A DNA stretch of 63,903 nt, filler included, from Octopus bimaculoides (Eukaryota), in the NCBI RefSeq assembly GCF_001194135.2. It is 10 parts of 9 records of this genome, joined end to end, with 100 filler letters (N's around TTAATTAATTAA, not from the genome) between each part and the next. Parts side by side here need not be neighbours in the genome. Positions count along the whole stretch, not along the records: positions 55,857 to 61,371 come from NC_068993.1; positions 61,472 to 62,648 come from NW_026408533.1; positions 62,749 to 63,903 come from NW_026358631.1; 7 more parts are not named here. One strand, written 5' to 3'. The notes beneath the pieces were generated by a model. The model was not told where the DNA came from. It searched no databases and was given only the letters and a program-made list of their open reading frames with translations. Made by a program: the position numbers and the translations under genes. Positions 58,093 through 63,903 of this stretch are shown one piece after another; the stretch's first letter is position 1, and each line of letters begins with the position of its first letter.

Positions 58093-60043
58093 AAGGCTGG
58101 GTCTTTTTCGGGTCTTTCGTGATACCATTAAAGCAGGGAACTTTCCGGCTCCCCTTCGTATTTATTTATCATGTTGCGGCACCGAAAGCTACCTTTGCTG
58201 TTATGTGTTTTTAAGCAACTGTTCGCCTTTCATTGAGTAGACATACTGTTTTATCAGGCACACTTTATTTAAGACTGCAGTATCTAATTTTTAAGGCAAT
58301 GAGGTAAATTTATTATTTCTAGCAAGTTGAGGCCTTCGTATAAAGTATTATTACTTCGCAATAGCTTGTGTGTATTTATTTCTATCATGCCTGTAACTGT
58401 ATTCGGTCTGTTTGGTTAAATAGTTTTGTATTTGGCACAGAGTAATGAAAGAATTGCAGCAGAGGTGGGACCGTCTCGACCAACCAGTTTAGATAGATGT
58501 ATATTAACATAATTTCATTCATAAGTCATGTAAAGTGAGAGGCGAAGGAGGAGGGGGAGGAGGAGGAGCGGGAGGAGGAGGAGGGAAAGGGGGAGAAGGG
58601 TAGGGAAAGTACACACGTGTAAATCTTGTACTATCATAACTTATAACACTGTCTTTCTCTAACACACACTCGCGCGCGCGAGTGAACACGCTTCATGACG
58701 TGTACATGGCGGTTAAGAACTTGTGCGTAAGATCGACTGTCGTGCCTGTCTATACTTACATATACACACAAATATATATGTACACACACACATGAATGTG
58801 TGTATGTGTGTGTGTCTCTGTGTATTATATATATATATATATATATATATACAGTAATCTCTCGGTATATCTTGGTTCACCTATCACGGTTTATTATTTA
58901 AGGTTGTGTCGATTCCTGTTTGGTGTTGTTTTGCATTTATAATAAAATAAATATATACAAATTATAAAAATAAAATAAAAAAATATACAGTACAGTACTG
59001 TTTTTACTTCGCGGGTTTTCACCTATCGGATTTTCACCACATGTGTGTGTGTACGTGCACATGTACTCTCATATATGCGTGATCATGCTCATGTTCGTGT
59101 CAGTGTGTGTGTGTGTGTGTGTGTACTGTGCTTATCTTAGATTTAAAATGTGCATCTCTGCGTGGTGTATCAGGTAACTATCTGACTAAGAAGAGTTGAT
59201 GACAAAATGGACATCCGGCTGCAAAACACTGCCTCAGAAAAACACTTGAAATCCATATCTACTTGGAAAGGCGGTCGTAAAATTGAGATGATGATGATGT
59301 ATCCTATCCACAATATATGCGTATATATTATAAAGATATTTGTACACATACATACATATACATACACATATATGTGTGTGTGTATGTGTTTACGTATATA
59401 TGTATACGCTTATACGCTTATATATATATATATATATATATATATNNNNNNNNNNNNNNNNNNNNNNNNNNNNNNNNNNNNNNNNNNNNNNNNNNNNNNN
59501 NNNNNNNNNNNNNNNNNNNNNNNNNNNNNNNNNNNNNNNNNNNNNNNNNNNNNNNNNNNNNNNNNNNNNNNNNNNNNNNNNNNNNNNNNNNNNNNNNNNN
59601 NNNNNNNNNNNNNNNNNNNNNNNNNNNNNNNNNNNNNNNNNNNNNNNNNNNNNNNNNNNNNNNNNNNNNNNNNNNNNNNNNNNNNNNNNNNNNNNNNNNN
59701 NNNNNNNNNNNNNNNNNNNNNNNNNNNNNNNNNNNNNNNNNNNNNNNNNNNNNNNNNNNNNNNNNNNNNNNNNNNNNNNNNNNNNNNNNNNNNNNNNNNN
59801 NNNNNNNNNNNNNNNNNNNNNNNNNNNNNNNNNNNNNNNNNNNNNNNNNNNNNNNNNNNNNNNNNNNNNNNNNNNNNNNNNNNNNNNNNNNNNNNNNNNN
59901 NNNNNNNNNNNNNNNNNNNNNNNNNNNNNNNNNNNNNNNNNNNNNNNNNNNNNNNNNNNNNNNNNNNNNNNNNNNNNNNNNNNNNNNNNNNNNNNNNNNN
60001 NNNNNNNNNNNNNNNNNNNNNNNNNNNNNNNNNNNNNNNNNNN

Positions 60044-60262
60044 GGAGAATTGCCAGCGACAATAGCACTAGCTTATTTCTCCGACGAGCCGCCGTTGTTC
60101 CTATTTTGCAGAGGAAATCGGTGGTATGGCATCCTAGAATACCTGCCGTTCCGAAGGCGACCGGTACAAACAGATAGCAGCCAGCCAGGTCCCCTGTATT
60201 TATTGATTTTTCTCTCCTCCGCGTTAAGAGCGGGCGACACCAGCGTTTGCAAATGATGCTAC
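60044..60262 (-). mobile_element. CRE-like non-LTR element, restriction-like endonuclease C-terminus
   Basis: With two frameshifts: SFANAGVA-ALNAEERKINKYR-DLAGCYLFVPVAFGTAGILG...FLCKIG...LSLAIL, like the K..KY..L...FVP.A.ET.G motif of CRE elements. Confidence 0.65.
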
Positions 60263-60771
60263 GAAGATAGATGCGAATAGAACCAGACACTATATTGAAG
60301 GACTTCAGACAAATATCATACCTCCTCATCGATATGACTGTCCCAATCGACATAAATGTATCTGTCAAGACCTAGCAAAAACTGAGCAAGTATAGAGATC
60401 TTGAAATAGAAATTGGCAAAATGTGGAACATCAGTACCTGTTGTCATAGGTACCCTGGGAAGGATAGCAAAAGGGGCCGATTGCTACTTAGCTCAGATAC
60501 CAGGAAATCCAAAAATGGAAGAAATTTAAAAAGATAGTGCTCATGGGAACTGCCCATATCCTACGTAAAGTACTATCTATGTAATCCCAAATTTTAAAAC
60601 AAACTTATAATTTTCTTGTGTTTTCTTTGGCATTGTCTAGAACAATACATTGTGCAAAACCAAATATATGACACCCTAGTCATAACACCAGCTTGAACTT
60701 CTAACTTGTCTCTTGAGTTCTCTGAATGAGACTTGGAGTCAACTTGTACAAATACAAAGCAAAAGTCAAAC

Positions 60772-60833
<62 letters not shown>
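60263..60833 (+). mobile_element. R4/Dong-like LINE 3' end: REL endonuclease, 3' UTR and (TAA)n tail
   Basis: KIDANR-PDTILKD...LLIDMTVPIDINVSVKT*QKLSKYRDLEIEIGKMW...VPVVIGTLG...IVLMGTAHILRKVLSM* (stop 60582-60584), then about 190-nt UTR and (TAA)n. Confidence 0.88.
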
Positions 60834-60837
<4 letters not shown>

Positions 60838-61743
60838 CAACAACAACAACAACAACAAAAACTAATCCTAGGATGGAATTTATAAACATTTAATGCATCG
60901 CTACGGGCGTTTCCACAAAATCACGTGACTCCTAAGATCATAGTCCGTATTTCTGGAATGATAACAGAGTAGTCCTACAATATATCGGTACAACTTGAAT
61001 CAACCCCGGAAAACTGACTCCCTAGTCAGCATTATTAGACGATGACCGGCATATGAAACAATGATACCGTGTGGCTTATGCTGAAATTTGTTTTATGACT
61101 TATTAATAATATTCCCATCTTTTCTAAAAGCCTGGGTATTTTTACCGAGTGTATAATGTATTGTTTTATCTGTGTTGGTGAATTTGTTCTTGCACCGTTC
61201 TATAACTTGGCCTACAAACATTACTGAACATCACTTATTAACTTTTGTTTAAATTGTTTTCCTTATTTATAGCTATTTTAGTGAATGAAAATTTACCACA
61301 AGGCGCCAAAATATAAAATTAGCCCTCGTCCCGCAAAAGGATTTTTTTTTTTTGAAAAAGGAGATTAAACTNNNNNNNNNNNNNNNNNNNNNNNNNNNNN
61401 NNNNNNNNNNNNNNNTTAATTAATTAANNNNNNNNNNNNNNNNNNNNNNNNNNNNNNNNNNNNNNNNNNNNGAATGGAGCCCCACCCATAAGGGAGAGTA
61501 GCAGGATGGGTCGAAACAACCGTTGTACCAAATAAAGGTTAATACAAAATCCATCTTAATCCATTACTTAATCCATTACCATAATGTCAACTAACACTGC
61601 GGAGTTCCTGAAGTAGAACCAACGGAAATATACCGCGACTGCGGATGGCACCGAACTGTGCCAGTGTTCTACTCAACACTTCAACACATTAATTGACGCA
61701 TACCCATTAGTCCAAAATATTATATACATATATATATATATAT

Positions 61744-61960
61744 ACTCTTTACTCGTTTACTTGTTTCAGTCATTTGACTGCGGCCATGCTGGAGCACCGC
61801 CTTTAGTCGAGCAAATCGACCCCAGGACCTATTCTTTGTAAGCCTAGTACTTATTCTACCGGTCTCTTTTGCCGAACCGCTAAGTGACGGGGACATAAAC
61901 ACACCAGCATCGATTGTCAAGCATGCTAGGGGGACAAACACAGACACACAAACACATACT

Positions 61961-61992
<32 letters not shown>

Positions 61993-62149
61993 CATATATA
62001 CGACGGGTTTCTTTCAATTTCCGTCTACCAAATCCACTCACAAGGCTTTGGTCGGCTCGAGGCTATAGTAGAAGACACTTGCCCAAGATGCCACGCAGTG
62101 GGACTGAACTCGGAACTATGTGGTTGGTAAGCAAGCTACTTACCACACA
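61744..62149 (-). mobile_element. SINE family C, near full-length young copy
   Basis: Close reverse-complement match to 36544-36924, including the internal microsatellite. Confidence 0.88.
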
Positions 62150-62748
62150 ATACATACAGACAATATTAAGAAAAAGGATTACTCCGAAAAAGTAATTGCA
62201 TTACGTTTAGCTCTGTAATTATATTCTTCCTTTTGGAGATTGTTCGCGTCTGACTTAACGGACAACTCTGCATTATACAACGCAGAGTTTGTAACAGAGA
62301 ATCATTAAACGGCCGCCAGACCAACGGAGATCAATTGAAGACCCTGAAGAGTCTGCGCCGTTTCATAGTAGCGGTGCAATTGCGGCGATTACTAATCGGT
62401 GTAATGGAATTATGTGTTGGGCTTTGAAAGGCGGTCTATAATTATAGAATTGAAAGTAAGGCTATCGCTACTTCAGTGTGATCCTTATTTGGAATATGTG
62501 GTTAAGGAAATATATTCAGAATTATCCAATGGAATATTCCTCTAATTTCTTATCTTACAAGAATTTTACTGGATTCATATGCAAACTGTTGAATAACATA
62601 TTTTGAATACCAAATTGAGAGCAAAATGGTAATAGTTCTTGGGTAATCNNNNNNNNNNNNNNNNNNNNNNNNNNNNNNNNNNNNNNNNNNNNTTAATTAA
62701 TTAANNNNNNNNNNNNNNNNNNNNNNNNNNNNNNNNNNNNNNNNNNNN

Positions 62749-62785
<37 letters not shown>

Positions 62786-63364
62786 GCATACATACAATCA
62801 TACACATATTCACAGGCATATACATTAATAAAAATAAAAAATACACTGCACTAATATAATATTTTAATATAAACGTATATGTGAATGTATAAATATATAC
62901 GCACACGCGCGCGTATATGGGTGTATGTATATATATATATATATATATATGTATGCATATGCGTCTAATATATATATAATGTATGTTTTTCGGTTGTGTT
63001 TATGTTATGGTATATACATAATAGAACAACGTTTCCTGTATGTAAACACAACGTGGAACTAAAGGTTGTTGCAATATTTTGTCGTCTGTTTAATTGAGAC
63101 TACAACTGATGTTTTTTTTTCCTTGCTGTTCATGTAGTTGCTACATGTAGTGCTACATGGAAACTGGCATGTAGATCGATAAAATATAGTATTTAAATGG
63201 AATCAATAGGTGAGATCTGCATTCTGCATCAACAATATACGTGATATACAATTAAGCGATGGGAAACTTCATTTTATGGACGTATTCAGGTTACCTATGC
63301 AAATTGATATTGTATAAATAATAATAATAATAATAATAATAATGATAATAATAATAATAATAAT

Positions 63365-63555
63365 CTTTTCTACTATAGGCACACTCGCCTATTCGATTAC
63401 ATCTGCTCTAAAGCTAGACTGATTTCATTGACCACATCGGATGAAAAACAAGATCGATCTCGGCGGAATTTGAACTCGCAACGTGAAGACGAACGAAATG
63501 CTGCTAATCGATATATCCGGGGGGGGGGGGCTAACGATTCTGACACCTAGCCAAC
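63365..63555 (-). mobile_element. SINE family B embedded in AAT/GAT repeats
   Basis: tcttttctactataggcac...ctcggcggaatttgaactcgcaacgtgaagacgaacgaaatgctgcta...ctaacgattctg; trinucleotide arrays on both sides. Confidence 0.7.
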
Positions 63556-63712
63556 TTTAATGATGATGATGATGATGATAATAACAACAACAACAACAGT
63601 AACAATAATAATAATAATAATAATAATAATAATCATAATCATAACGGAAGACACTGGGTGAGAAATGGAAGAAAATCTGAAGAAAGAAGAAAAAAAGACA
63701 TAATAATAATAA

Positions 63713-63743
<31 letters not shown>

Positions 63744-63745
63744 AA

Positions 63746-63903
63746 TATCAATGCCTACCGACAAGGAACTACCAGACCAACATATTAAAGAACGGCAGCT
63801 TCCCAACATGTCATGTATGTCAACAACAAAATGAAACCATTGATCTTGTTGTTTCCAAGTGCAGTCTTCTTGCGCCTACAGAGTATCTCAACAGGCATGA
63901 TAG
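63746..63903 (+). mobile_element. R4/Dong-like LINE fragment, CCHC region, runs off the window end
   Basis: QCLPTRNYQTNILKNGSFPTCHVCQQQNETIDLVVSKCSLLAPTEYLNRHD (His of the C-x2-C-x8-H-x4-C motif replaced by Leu). Confidence 0.8.

Noticed and set aside
61472-61535. 3' half of a hammerhead (acccat/atgggt stem, GAAAC, then aataaa)
   Set aside because: The CUGANGA half would lie in the adjacent gap; cannot be supported.
62339-62437. Hammerhead-like CUGAAGA...GAAA with agacc/ggtct stem I
   Set aside because: No stem III or UH cleavage triplet, and a poor stem II closure.

Overview
AT-rich, microsatellite-dense eukaryotic DNA from a gappy assembly. About 9 kb is N by my rough count, and nine gaps carry an artificial TTAATTAATTAA spacer. 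The repeat families look like those of a coleoid cephalopod, probably Octopus (pattern recognition, not a database result). I find no supportable host protein-coding exon, tRNA/rRNA gene or CRISPR array, and nearly all long ORFs in the track are gap or microsatellite artefacts. The window is mostly transposon debris. Retroelements: Penelope-like elements (RT/GIY-YIG), an L1/Tx1 ORF1, RTE, CR1-like, R4/Dong-like and CRE-like LINE fragments, and three recurring tRNA-type SINE families (here A, B, C). DNA elements: two mariner transposase relics, a hAT MITE with TSD, piggyBac-like MITEs and a Helentron/HINE-like element. Most interesting: (i) hammerhead-ribozyme-like motifs with an unusual purine-purine mismatch at the base of stem II; (ii) four long fold-back hairpins plus inverted SINE pairs, candidate dsRNA/ADAR substrates; (iii) a CR1 LINE 3' tail sharing a covarying stem-loop with SINE family C; (iv) retroposon pile-ups on (AAT)n arrays; (v) a phased 15-bp palindromic array; (vi) two dense transcription-factor motif clusters. 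Repeat boundaries are approximate unless a TSD is quoted.
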